Shown in pieces: positions 19,183 through 29,700 of a DNA stretch of 46,765 bases (positions within the stretch are counted from its first letter, which is position 1; each line of letters starts with the position of its first letter). Both the position numbers and the translations under genes were made by a program. The notes under the pieces are model-generated. The model made no database searches. It saw only the letters and a program-made list of their open reading frames with translations, and was not told where the DNA came from. This DNA is from an uncultured Lachnospiraceae bacterium. GTDB taxonomy: Bacteria; Bacillota; Clostridia; Oscillospirales; CAG-272. Location: positions 1 to 46,765 of the forward strand of contig CAYWAD010000003.1 of assembly GCA_964456045.1 (NCBI GenBank), given 5' to 3'.

Positions 19183-20028
19183 ATGAGACTTGATGTATAT
19201 TTATATGAACGCGGATATGCCGAAAGCAGAGCAAGAGCAAAGTTCCTCGTTTGCGAGGGTGCTGTCACTGTGGACGGAAAAACTGTAAAAAAGCCGGCGT
19301 TTGATATTGACGAAGCGGCGGAGCATGAAATTTTTGTGCGCTCGGAGGTTTGCCCGTTTGTCAGCGTGGGAGGAATGAAGCTCGATGCGGCGCTGTCACG
19401 CTTTGGAATCGACGTTAGCGGCGCGGTCTGCATCGACATCGGAGCGTCAACGGGCGGCTTTACGGACTGCCTGCTTTCACGAGGTGCCGTAAAGGTTTAC
19501 GCTGTCGATTCGGGAACATCCCAGCTTCACGAAAAGCTTCTTGCGGATACTCGCGTCGTGTCAATGGAAAATACAAACGCAAGATATTTAACTTCCGAAA
19601 AGCTCGGTTGTAAGGTTTCTGTAGCCGTTTGCGACGTTTCGTTTATATCTCAAAGGTTGATTTTGCCCGCCGTTGCCTCCGTTCTCGAACCGGACGGTAA
19701 GTTTATCACGCTGATAAAACCGCAGTTTGAGCTTGATAAACGCAGAGTCGGCAGGGGAGTCGTATCCGAAGCGGCGGACAGAGCGGAAGCGATCTTTGGT
19801 GTCGTTTTCGCTGCGGCATCGCTCGGACTTGAGCCTACGGAGCTTATTGTGTCACCCGTTTCGGGCGGCGGAATAAACGACGAACGAGCCGCAAAACGCG
19901 GAAATACGGAATATCTTGCCTGTTTCCGATTCACAAACAATACGGAGCTGAAAATCTCCGAAAGAGATGTCAGGGAGTTTGTAAAAAATGAAAACAGTAT
20001 TGCTTTTGCCGCTCGGAATAAAGGATAA
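19183..20028 (+). CDS. tlyA: TlyA-family rRNA methyltransferase
   Basis: S4 N-terminus, DIGASTGGFTD, DVSFIS, LIKPQFE, GNTEYL. Confidence 0.93.
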   Translation: MRLDVYLYERGYAESRARAKFLVCEGAVTVDGKTVKKPAFDIDEAAEHEIFVRSEVCPFVSVGGMKLDAALSRFGIDVSGAVCIDIGASTGGFTDCLLSRGAVKVYAVDSGTSQLHEKLLADTRVVSMENTNARYLTSEKLGCKVSVAVCDVSFISQRLILPAVASVLEPDGKFITLIKPQFELDKRRVGRGVVSEAADRAEAIFGVVFAAASLGLEPTELIVSPVSGGGINDERAAKRGNTEYLACFRFTNNTELKISERDVREFVKNENSIAFAARNKG

Positions 20029-20839
20029 AAACGATTCAAGGTTTGCTTCGATTGTTCGCCTCTGCCTTGACGAGGACGTTGCCGTCGCCGTGAAGGACAA
20101 AGCCTTCGTTCCAAACGATATGCAAGATGATATTTTGCAGTATAACGGCACATACGCGCCGGATTTGATCATTTCCGTCGGAGGTGACGGATCAGTGCTT
20201 TCCGCCGCGCATGAGGCACTTCGGTTTGAGGTGCCGATTCTCGGCGTAAATACCGGAAATGTCGGCTATATGGCGGCGGTCAATGTTAATAGCCTTGACA
20301 CGCTCAAAAGCGTGCTTCACGGTCGCTACGCGATCGAGGAACGGACGATGCTTTCTGCCGAAATCATCCTTGAAGATAAGGTTTATTACAGCGTCGAAGC
20401 GGCACTTAACGATATTGTAATTACAAAAGCCGCTTCTTCCGTGATCGCACCGATCGAGCTGTATTGTCACGGTCAGGACGCGGGACGTTACGATTCCGAC
20501 GGCGTTATTTTCGCAACGCCGACAGGCTCGACGGCGTATTCGCTCTCTGCCGGAGGTCCGCTCATAGACCCCTCGATGGACTGCATCTGCGTAACGCCGA
20601 TATGCCCTCATTCCGTGCTTGCTCGCCCGGCGGTTTACGCCTCAAACAGCGTTTTCGTTTGCCGCGCAGGGGACTGGAGACGCGGCTCGCTTGAGCTGAG
20701 CGCGGACGGTGCCGAGTCCGTGAAAATTCCGGACGGCGCTTACGTCATCATAAGGAAAAGCGAAAAGAAAACTCGCTTTGTTTCAATAGATAAAAACGGA
20801 TTCACCGGTGTCTTTCGTTCGAAAATGACGGGACGCTGA
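19988..20839 (+). CDS. nadK: NAD(+) kinase
   Basis: GGDGS, ALND, TPTGSTAYSLSAGGP, TPICPH; 41-nt overlap with tlyA. Confidence 0.92.
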   Translation: MKTVLLLPLGIKDKNDSRFASIVRLCLDEDVAVAVKDKAFVPNDMQDDILQYNGTYAPDLIISVGGDGSVLSAAHEALRFEVPILGVNTGNVGYMAAVNVNSLDTLKSVLHGRYAIEERTMLSAEIILEDKVYYSVEAALNDIVITKAASSVIAPIELYCHGQDAGRYDSDGVIFATPTGSTAYSLSAGGPLIDPSMDCICVTPICPHSVLARPAVYASNSVFVCRAGDWRRGSLELSADGAESVKIPDGAYVIIRKSEKKTRFVSIDKNGFTGVFRSKMTGR

Positions 20840-20873
20840 TGCCGAAAAATCACATATATTGTGAGGTTAATAA

Positions 20874-21329
20874 ATGAAAAGCAAAAGACAGAACAAAATT
20901 TTGGAGCTTATATCGCGATTTGATGTGGAAACGCAGGAGGAGCTTATAGAAAAGCTTCGCGAAGAAGGCTACAACGTAACTCAGGCAACGGTTTCGAGAG
21001 ACATTAGGGAACTCAAATTGTCTAAAATAACCACGGAGACGGGCGTTTACAAATATATACAGCCAAAAAGTCACGTCGGAGTCAGCATAGCGAAGTTTAA
21101 TTTGGCGCTTGCCGAATCCATCACCGGCGTAGATTACGCTTTCAATAACGTCGTTATAAAAACTTTCCCGTCCATGGCACCTGCGATTGCGTCGTCAATA
21201 GACGGAATCGCCTCGCCGAGTATTCTCGGTTGCGTGGCAGGGGATGACTGCATCATCGTCGTTACGAGAACGGAGGACGATGCGGATGATTTCTGCGAAA
21301 AGATAAAGGAACTTATGAAAAACTCCTGA
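20874..21329 (+). CDS. argR: Arginine repressor
   Basis: TQEEL, VTQATVSRDI, GCVAGDD. Confidence 0.95.
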   Translation: MKSKRQNKILELISRFDVETQEELIEKLREEGYNVTQATVSRDIRELKLSKITTETGVYKYIQPKSHVGVSIAKFNLALAESITGVDYAFNNVVIKTFPSMAPAIASSIDGIASPSILGCVAGDDCIIVVTRTEDDADDFCEKIKELMKNS

Positions 21330-21345
21330 ACGGGGACGGAAAATA

Positions 21346-23034
21346 ATGATTTCATCTCTGCATATTGAAAATATAGCGGTCATAAAATCGCTTGATATTG
21401 ATTTTAACGGCGGATTTACCGTAATCACAGGTCAAACAGGTGCAGGTAAATCCATAATCATAGGCTCGCTTGCACTTTTGCTCGGCGCAAAGGCGCAAAC
21501 GTCGCTTATACGCACGGGCGAAAGCCGTGCTTATGTGAGCGCAATATTTACGAAAGTCCCGGAGGAAACCGAAAATGCCGTGTGTGAGCTCGGAATCTCG
21601 GTAGAGGACGGGGAACTGACCGTCGAAAGAACAATCACGTCGGACGGAAAAAACACCGTCAAAATCAACGGCAGAAGTGTCTCCCTTGTCAATTTGAAGC
21701 GCGCAATGTCGTCTATGATCACAGTCAACGGTCAAAGCGAGAGCCTTTCGCTGAAAACGGCGGAAGCTCAGCTCGCGCTGATTGACGATTACGCGGAAAC
21801 GTCCGAGGAGCTTGTCGAATACGTCGCGCTTTATGAAAAATACAGCGCGATAAAAAGCGAGTACGAGGAGGTGAAGCGTCTTTCGAATGAGGGGGCACTC
21901 GCAGCAGATCTTTTGAAATATCAAATAAAAGAGATAGATTCCGCAAAGCTTTCCGCAGACGAGGAAGAAGAACTGACGCTCGAAAAATCGCGGCTGAAGG
22001 CAGGCGAAAAAATAACCAAGCTTGCCGCGTTCGTCTACCGTGCGGCGTACGGCAACGAAAAGGGAGCTTCGGCAGCGTATCTTGTGGGGAGAGCGGCGTC
22101 CGCGATGGAGCAACTTTCCGAATATTCGAAAAGCGCCGAGGAGGACGCGGAAAAGCTTCGCTCGATAGCCGTTGAGCTTGAAGATATAGCAAGACGCACC
22201 TACGATGAATTTTCGCTTGGAAGCGCGGATGACGAGGATCCTGCGGAAAGACTTGAAAAAATCGAGGACAGGCTCGATATTATATATCGATTGAAGCGTA
22301 AGTACGGCGGCACACTTGCCGCTGTTCTCAAGCACAGAGACGAAGCAGCCGATAAGCTCGATGCAATCGAAAATAACGAAGAACGCATCTCAAAGCTTGA
22401 AAAAAAGCTTTCTGAAGCGAAAAAAATCGCAGCTTCCGCGGCGGAAAAGCTGACAAACAAACGCAAAGCGGCGGCGAGCCGAATGTCGGACGAAATTTGC
22501 CGCGTGCTTGTCGGACTTGATATGCCGAAGGTTACATTTACAGTTAATTTCACGGAAACGGAGCTCAGCTCGTTCGGTGCTGAGTCCGCGGAATTTTACA
22601 TATCCGCCAACGCAGGCGAGGATGTCCGTCCGCTCGCAACGGCGGCATCGGGAGGAGAGCTTTCTCGCGTTATGCTGGCGATAAAGAGCGTCGGCAGTAA
22701 GAAACGTTGCGAGGAAACTCTGATATACGATGAAATCGACACGGGCGTTTCCGGGGCTACGTCAGGCAAGATCGGATTAAAGCTCAAAGACAGCGCAAAA
22801 ACTCGTCAAATCATCGCAATCACGCATTCCGCGCAGATCGCGTCGCTTGCGGATACTCATTTGCTTGTCGAAAAGCACGAAGTCGCCGGCAGAACCGAAA
22901 CGACCGTAAGATCCGTCACCGGCGATGAAAGGACGGACGAGATCGCTCGTATAATCGGCGGTATAAATGTCACGGAAACTCAAAAAAATGCGGCTCGTGA
23001 GCTTATCGCAGAGGGAGTCAAGCACGGCGTATAA
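21346..23034 (+). CDS. recN: DNA repair protein RecN
   Basis: TGQTGAGKS, ASGGELSR, DEIDTGVSG, ITH. Confidence 0.95.
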   Translation: MISSLHIENIAVIKSLDIDFNGGFTVITGQTGAGKSIIIGSLALLLGAKAQTSLIRTGESRAYVSAIFTKVPEETENAVCELGISVEDGELTVERTITSDGKNTVKINGRSVSLVNLKRAMSSMITVNGQSESLSLKTAEAQLALIDDYAETSEELVEYVALYEKYSAIKSEYEEVKRLSNEGALAADLLKYQIKEIDSAKLSADEEEELTLEKSRLKAGEKITKLAAFVYRAAYGNEKGASAAYLVGRAASAMEQLSEYSKSAEEDAEKLRSIAVELEDIARRTYDEFSLGSADDEDPAERLEKIEDRLDIIYRLKRKYGGTLAAVLKHRDEAADKLDAIENNEERISKLEKKLSEAKKIAASAAEKLTNKRKAAASRMSDEICRVLVGLDMPKVTFTVNFTETELSSFGAESAEFYISANAGEDVRPLATAASGGELSRVMLAIKSVGSKKRCEETLIYDEIDTGVSGATSGKIGLKLKDSAKTRQIIAITHSAQIASLADTHLLVEKHEVAGRTETTVRSVTGDERTDEIARIIGGINVTETQKNAARELIAEGVKHGV

Positions 23035-23047
23035 ACTGAAAATTTGC

Positions 23048-23076
23048 TGGACAAGACTGCGCTTATATGATATTAA
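23048..23076 (+). promoter_or_regulatory. Possible sigma-A promoter of tyrS
   Basis: TGGACA-N17-TATTAA with TG extended -10. Confidence 0.4.
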
Positions 23077-23100
23077 TTTTTTGAAAAGGAACTAACAAAA

Positions 23101-24321
23101 ATGGGAATTTACGAAGAACTCAAAGCAAGAGGACTTCTTGCTCAGGTAACAAACGAAGACGAGATCAGAACTATGATAAATGCCGGCAAGGCAACCTTCT
23201 ACATCGGTTTTGACTGCACCGCTGACAGCTTGACCGCAGGTCATTTTATGGCGCTTACACTTATGAAACGTCTCCAAATGGCGGGAAATAAGCCCATAGC
23301 GCTCATCGGCGGCGGTACAACAATGATCGGTGACCCCTCCGGCAGAACCGATATGCGAAAAATGCTTACAATTGACGATATCAATCATAATGCCGAGTGC
23401 TTCAAACGTCAGATGGAACGTTTTATCGACTTTGGAGAGGGCAAAGCTATGATGATCAATAACGCCGATTGGCTTCTCAAGCTTAACTATGTTGAGCTTC
23501 TCAGAGACGTCGGTGCTTGCTTCTCCGTCAATAATATGCTCCGCGCAAAGTGCTACGAGCAGAGAATGGAAAAGGGACTCTCCTTCCTTGAATTCAACTA
23601 TATGATCATGCAGTCTTACGACTTCTATCATCTCTACAAGAATTACGGCTGTAATATGCAGTTCGGCGGAGACGATCAGTGGTCGAATATGCTCGGCGGT
23701 ACGGAACTTATCAGACGTAAACTCGGTGCTGACGCACACGCAATGACAATAACTCTCCTCACCGACTCGCAGGGCAAAAAAATGGGTAAAACGGCAGGAA
23801 ACGCAGTTTGGCTCGATCCCAACAAAACCAGCCCGTTCGATTTCTATCAGTATTGGCGTAATGTTGATGATGCGGATGTCCTGAAGTGTATCCGCATGCT
23901 CACTTTCCTCCCCCTCGAACAGATCGAGGAAATGGATAAATGGGAAGGCTCGCAGCTTAATAAAGCGAAGGAGATCCTCGCATACGAGCTTACCGAAATG
24001 GTTCACGGTAAGGAAGAAGCGGATAAGGCGGATGCAGCGGCAAAAGCCGTGTTCGGCGGAGGCGGAAATTCCGAAAATATGCCCACAACAGCACTTTCCG
24101 ACGAGGATTTCACAGACGGTAAAATCGGCATTCTCGATATGATGATCAAGGCGAAGCTCGCTCCCTCGCGCAGAGAGGGAAGAACCCTCGTCCAGCAGGG
24201 CGGCGTTCTTGTAAACGGCGAAAAGATCACGGATCCTGCGCTTGCGCTCGAAAAGTCCGCATTCGAAGCCGATGTTATCGTTAAAAAAGGCAAAAAGACC
24301 TTCCATAAGTTCACGCTTTGA
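23101..24321 (+). CDS. tyrS: Tyrosine--tRNA ligase
   Basis: YIGFDCTADSLTAGH, GDPSG, QFGGDDQW, KMGKT, C-terminal S4 domain. Confidence 0.97.
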   Translation: MGIYEELKARGLLAQVTNEDEIRTMINAGKATFYIGFDCTADSLTAGHFMALTLMKRLQMAGNKPIALIGGGTTMIGDPSGRTDMRKMLTIDDINHNAECFKRQMERFIDFGEGKAMMINNADWLLKLNYVELLRDVGACFSVNNMLRAKCYEQRMEKGLSFLEFNYMIMQSYDFYHLYKNYGCNMQFGGDDQWSNMLGGTELIRRKLGADAHAMTITLLTDSQGKKMGKTAGNAVWLDPNKTSPFDFYQYWRNVDDADVLKCIRMLTFLPLEQIEEMDKWEGSQLNKAKEILAYELTEMVHGKEEADKADAAAKAVFGGGGNSENMPTTALSDEDFTDGKIGILDMMIKAKLAPSRREGRTLVQQGGVLVNGEKITDPALALEKSAFEADVIVKKGKKTFHKFTL

Positions 24322-25037
24322 TGAAGTACGACATAATTCTTTTAGATGCGGACGGAACCTTGTACGATTTTGATGCTTCCGAGGAGCTGTCGGTTAAAGA
24401 AAGCCTCGAATTTGCCGGCATCCCGTGCGATTCGGATACGGTTGCGCTCTATCACGAAATAAACGACCGCGAATGGAAGGCGCTCGAACGCGGTGAAACA
24501 ACGCGTGATAAGCTGAAAGTGGAGCGCTTCGCCAAGCTTATGGCGGCGCTTGATCCGGATAAGGTCAAATCGAATAAAACTCCCAAGGATATTTCGGATT
24601 TTTATTTGGAAGCGCTTTCCCGAAAGTCGATACTCTTTTCGGAATCCGAGAAGGTCTGCCGCGAGCTTTCAAAGGATTTTGACCTCTATATCGTTACAAA
24701 CGGCACAACAAGCGTCCAAAAGGGGCGGTTTTCGCGCTCGCCCATAACAAAATACATAAAAAAAGCGTTTATTTCCGACGAAATGGGCTACGATAAGCCT
24801 GCAATCGAATTTTTCAATATAGTGTTCGATGAGCTTGGAATTACCGACAAAAACAAGCATCGCGTGCTTCTCGTCGGAGATTCGCTTTCAAGCGACATTA
24901 AGGGCGGAATAAATGCTGGACTCGATACCTGCTGGTTCAATCCGAACGGAAAAGACGGCGGTGACGTGTCTCCCCTTTATACGATCAAAAGCCTTAATGA
25001 ACTTTACGAAATATGCTATTCCGGAGAAAAATCTTGA
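24321..25037 (+). CDS. HAD hydrolase, YjjG/YfnB nucleotidase family
   Basis: DADGTL, TNG, KP, GDSLSSDIKGG; TGATG coupling to tyrS. Confidence 0.9.
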   Translation: MKYDIILLDADGTLYDFDASEELSVKESLEFAGIPCDSDTVALYHEINDREWKALERGETTRDKLKVERFAKLMAALDPDKVKSNKTPKDISDFYLEALSRKSILFSESEKVCRELSKDFDLYIVTNGTTSVQKGRFSRSPITKYIKKAFISDEMGYDKPAIEFFNIVFDELGITDKNKHRVLLVGDSLSSDIKGGINAGLDTCWFNPNGKDGGDVSPLYTIKSLNELYEICYSGEKS

Positions 25038-25939
25038 AAAATAACGGTATAATTGAGTTTGTTTCCCGCAATGCGGACGAATATGATTACAGCCTCAACA
25101 CTCTCGCATCCGAGCTTACATCGTTTAAGATCGGAGGCGAGGCGGCTGTGACGGTATATCCAAAAACAAAAGGGGCGCTTTGCGCCCTTTTGCGGTATTT
25201 GAAGGACGAGAAAATACGCCATTCCGTGCTTGGTAATGGGTCGAACGTACTCGTTTCGGATGACGGATATGACGGAGTTTTTGTAGTCACAACCAAGCTT
25301 TCAAACATAAATATCAACGGCACAAAAGTGACGGTCGAAGCCGGACGCGGCATTACGTCAACTGCATCCATGGCGCAGAAGGCAGGACTTTCGGGGCTTG
25401 AATTTGCGTATGGCATTCCCGGCACGGTCGGCGGTGCTGTCGCAATGAATGCAGGCGCGTACGACGGTGAAATTGCCGATGTCATCGTTTCGGCGAAATG
25501 TTACGATGCCGAGTCTGATTCGGTTTTGACCTTGACAAAGGACGAACTTTCGCTCGGTTACAGAGAAAGCATAATCCGTCACCGTCCGCTTACGGTCTTG
25601 TCCGCGGAGTTTGAATTAAAACGCGGAAAAAGCGACGAAATCCTCGCGAAAATGGCGGATCTTATGAGCAGACGCAGGGAAAAACAGCCGCTCGAATATC
25701 CGAGCGCGGGAAGCGTTTTTAAGCGTTATCCCGGCTATTTTACGGCGAAACTCATCGACGAAGCGGGTCTTAAAGGTCACAGCATCGGCGGAGCCGAGGT
25801 CTCAACTAAGCATGCAGGCTTCATCGTCAACAAAGGCGGCGCAACCGCGGCGGACGTTAAGGCTCTGGTTGAGCTGATAACTGCGGAAATCGAAAAAAAA
25901 CACGGAATTAAAATCGAGCGCGAGCTCATTTATATGTAA
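25034..25939 (+). CDS. murB: UDP-N-acetylenolpyruvoylglucosamine reductase
   Basis: GNGSN, GIPGTVGGAVAMNAGAY, PSAGSVFKR, KHAGF; TTG start after GGAG overlapping the HAD stop. Confidence 0.95.
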   Translation: MKNNGIIEFVSRNADEYDYSLNTLASELTSFKIGGEAAVTVYPKTKGALCALLRYLKDEKIRHSVLGNGSNVLVSDDGYDGVFVVTTKLSNININGTKVTVEAGRGITSTASMAQKAGLSGLEFAYGIPGTVGGAVAMNAGAYDGEIADVIVSAKCYDAESDSVLTLTKDELSLGYRESIIRHRPLTVLSAEFELKRGKSDEILAKMADLMSRRREKQPLEYPSAGSVFKRYPGYFTAKLIDEAGLKGHSIGGAEVSTKHAGFIVNKGGATAADVKALVELITAEIEKKHGIKIERELIYM

Positions 25940-25940
25940 C

Positions 25941-26744
25941 ATGTCATATTCATCGGAAATAAAATCAGAGCTCATATTAGGGCGCGTTAAGAATAATTGT
26001 TGCCGTAAAAATATTGTGACGGCAATGTCTGCTGTTCTCCCTGATGAGCCGAACTTTCGCAACAGTGACGTGAAAAATTACTTTTATGCGCTTTTGGCTG
26101 AGTTTTTTCACAGCGATAAAATCGCAGATGTAAGAAGCGAAGCTCCGCTTTCGAGCGTGAGCCATTTGAAGTGCGCCGGCTGTCGCGGCGCGATGCTTCG
26201 CGGACTTTTTCTTGCCGCTGGAAGCATGAACGATCCCGCATCGCACGAATATAACCTTGATTTTACATTTCGCACCGAAGAAGCGGCGGAAAACGCATTT
26301 GAGCTTTTGACGGCGTGCGGCTTTGAGCCGAAAAAACGCCGAAGGCGCGCCGCGTATGTGCTGTATATAAAATCGAGCGATTCGATCGGTGAGTTTTTTG
26401 CCGCCGCAGGAAGCAATCGCGTTATGTATGACATAGTAAATGCGCGGATGGAGGCTGACGTGAGAGAAACACTCAACCGCGCGAATAACACGGACATATC
26501 GAACATCAATAAATCCACCGCCGCAGCGGAACGTGCCTGTGATGCGATCAATTTCCTTATCGAAACCGAGCGCATTTCCATGCTTGACGAAACACTATAC
26601 AAAACTGCGATGCTAAGGCTTGAAAATCCGGAGCTTTCGCTTTTGCAGCTTGCTTCGCTGTTCCCGGAGGGCGTGTCCAAATCAACCGTCAACGCGCGCA
26701 TAAAGCGAATAATCGCCATCGCGGATAAATACAGAAATAATTAA
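25941..26744 (+). CDS. whiA: DNA-binding protein WhiA (short form)
   Basis: MSYSSEIKSEL, LRGLFLAAGSMNDP, YVLYIK, NRANN, LRLENPELSL..L, SKSTVN.R. Confidence 0.88.
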   Translation: MSYSSEIKSELILGRVKNNCCRKNIVTAMSAVLPDEPNFRNSDVKNYFYALLAEFFHSDKIADVRSEAPLSSVSHLKCAGCRGAMLRGLFLAAGSMNDPASHEYNLDFTFRTEEAAENAFELLTACGFEPKKRRRRAAYVLYIKSSDSIGEFFAAAGSNRVMYDIVNARMEADVRETLNRANNTDISNINKSTAAAERACDAINFLIETERISMLDETLYKTAMLRLENPELSLLQLASLFPEGVSKSTVNARIKRIIAIADKYRNN

Positions 26745-26758
26745 AAGGGAGGTGCCGT

Positions 26759-29700
26759 ATGGCGAACTTTTGTCATCTGCATTTGCATTCGGAATACAGC
26801 TTGCTCGACGGCGCTTGCCGAGTTGAAGACATTCCGAAATTAGCAAAGGACATGGGCCAAACTGCCGTTGCGATAACGGATCACGGCTCCATGTACGGAG
26901 TTATAAAGTTTTATGAGTCGTGCAAAAAAGAGGGGATAAAGCCTATCATCGGCTGCGAAGTGTACGTCGCACCGTCGTCTCGTTTCGATAAAAAGGATGG
27001 CAGATCATCCTCGCCTTATCACCTTGTCTTGCTTTGTAAAAACGAAGTCGGATATAAAAATCTTATGAAGCTCGTTTCTCTCGGCTGGACGGAGGGGTTT
27101 TACTCCAAACCGAGAGTTGATACGGAACTTTTGAAAGCCTATTCCGAAGGACTTATCGCGCTTTCCGCTTGCCTTGCCGGATATATTCCGCGCGCGATCA
27201 TCGCGGGAAATTTTGCCGCCGCAAAGGAATATGCGCTCACAATGCGCGATATTTTCGGGGAGGACAGCTTCTATCTTGAGCTTCAAAACCACGGAATGGA
27301 TGATCAAAAAGCAGTCAACGAAGCGCTTGTGAAAATATCGAACGAAACGGGCATCGGTCTTGTAGCAACCAATGACGTCCACTATCCTTACCGCAAGGAC
27401 GCCGATATGCAGGCTGTTTTGATGTGCATACAGACAAATAATGTCATCACCGACGGCAGACCGTTCGGCTTTGAAACGGACGAATTTTATTTTAAGTCCA
27501 CCGCAGAGATGACAAGACTTTTCGGCAATGTAGCAGACGGTACACCTATCACAAATACGCAAAAAATCGCGGATATGTGTAACCTTGAGCTGAATTTCGA
27601 CAAAATATATATGCCGAAATATCCCTTTACGGGCGGCGTTGAGCCGAAAACATACCTGAAAAACGAGGTTGAAAAGGGACTTGCGGATAAAATTTCGCGC
27701 GCACACATCGTTTACGACGAAAAACACAGCGAAAAGGATTACCGCGAGCGCATCGAATACGAGCTGTCCGTAATTGTCGGAATGGGGTTTGACGAATACT
27801 ATCTTGTCGTCGCGGATTTTATAGCGTACGCAAAGAAAAACGGTATTCCCGTCGGTCCCGGACGCGGTTCGGGCGCGGGCAGCCTTGTCGCATGTCTGAT
27901 CGGCATCACGGATATAGACCCCCTAAGATACGGACTTTTGTTCGAGCGCTTCCTCAATCCGGAGCGCGTCAGCTTGCCGGATTTTGACGTTGACTTTTGT
28001 TACGACAGGCGCGACGAGGTAATAGATTATGTTCGCGAAAAGTACGGCTCGGAGCATGTCGCGCAGATAATCACCTTCGGCACCATGGCGGCGCGCGCCG
28101 CGGTCAGAGATGTCGGACGTGCGCTCGGAATGTCCTATTCCGACGTTGATAAAATCGCTAAGCTGATTCCGCAGTTCCCCGGCTCAACGCTTGAAGAAGC
28201 ATTGAAAGGGAAAGAACTCAAGGAGCTTTACGAATCGTCAAGCGAAATAAGAAACTTGATAGATACCGCAAAGGCGCTTGAGGGAATGCCTCGTCACGCG
28301 TCAACGCATGCCGCAGGCGTGGTCATAACAAGCGAGCCGCTTTCGGACATTGTGCCCTTGGCGGTCAACGGCGGAACCGTCGTTACCCAGTTCGAAATGG
28401 ATACTGTTGCCAAGGTAGGACTTGTAAAGTTTGATTTTCTTGCGCTCAGATATATCACGATAATATCAAATACGGTGAAGCGAATCCTCGAAAGTGAACC
28501 GGACTTCGACATAGCACTCATCCCGTATGACGACAATGCCACATATGAAATGATCGGAAGCGGAGATACAAACGGCGTGTTCCAGCTTGAATCAACGGGT
28601 ATGCGAAGAATGCTCACAAAGATGCTTCCGAGCTGCCTTGCCGATATAATTGCCGCAATCGCGCTTTACCGTCCGGGACCGATGGATTCGATACCGGCGT
28701 ATATCGAACGTAAGCATAACGGCGGTGGAATTAAGTATACGCATCCCGGCATCGTTCCGATTTTATCCGAAACTTACGGCTGTATCGTCTACCAGGAACA
28801 GGTAATGCAGATCTTTCGCGCGGTTGCAGGTTATTCTTTCGCGAGAGCGGACGTTGTAAGACGTGCCATGGCGAAGAAAAAGTCGGATGTGCTTGAAGCC
28901 GAGAGGGCGGATTTTGTTTCCGGTGCAGTCGAAAGAGGCATGACCGAAGCCGAGGCAAACGAGCTTTTCGACGATATGGCATCGTTTTCAAGCTATGCAT
29001 TCAATAAAAGTCACGCGGCGGCGTATGCAGTCATTTCGTACCGTACCGCATACCTGAAGCGCCATTATACAAAGGAATATATGTCCTCGCTGCTTGATTC
29101 GGTGCTCGGCTGGGAAGGGAAAACCGCCGAATACATTGAAGAATGCGGACATTACGGCATAAAGGTGCTCGCGCCCGATATTAACGAGAGTAAAGCCGAT
29201 TATACAGTCGGTGCGGACGGCATCCGTTACGGACTTGCGGCACTCAAAGGGCTCGGACGGCAATTTATCGAGAGAATAACAGAGGAGCGCGAGCGTGGCG
29301 GCAAATTTCGTTCGTTTTATGATTTTGCCGTACGAATGAACGAGTACGACATGAATAAGCGTCAGGTCGAGTCGCTTATAAAGAGCGGCGCGTTTGATCG
29401 GCTCGGTCAAAGACGAAGCCAACTTGTCGCGTCTTATGAAGCCATAATCGACAACCTTCACGAGAAAAAACGAACCGGAGTTTCGGGTCAGCTCGATATG
29501 TTTTCCGTCGGAGGGAATACCTCGATGCAGACGGTCGAGTTCGAATACCCCGACATCCCCGAATTTTCGAAAAAACGCTTGCTCAGCCTCGAAAAGCAAG
29601 TGTCCGGAATGTATTTTTCCGGTCACTTCCTCGACGATTACGATGAAAAGCTTGATGAGCTTCGTCCGGATCGCATAGCCGATATAAAGGAAGCCGTCGG

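Noticed and set aside
19988-20028. 41-nt tlyA/nadK overlap as a programmed frameshift
   Set aside because: nadK has its own GGGAG RBS and both proteins are complete; ordinary overlap.
21352-22335. 327-aa ORF antisense to recN
   Set aside because: Shadow ORF inside a conserved gene with no protein-family features.
23092-24306. 404-aa ORF antisense to tyrS
   Set aside because: In codon register with tyrS; explained by avoidance of TTA/CTA/TCA codons in a highly expressed gene; no recognisable motifs.
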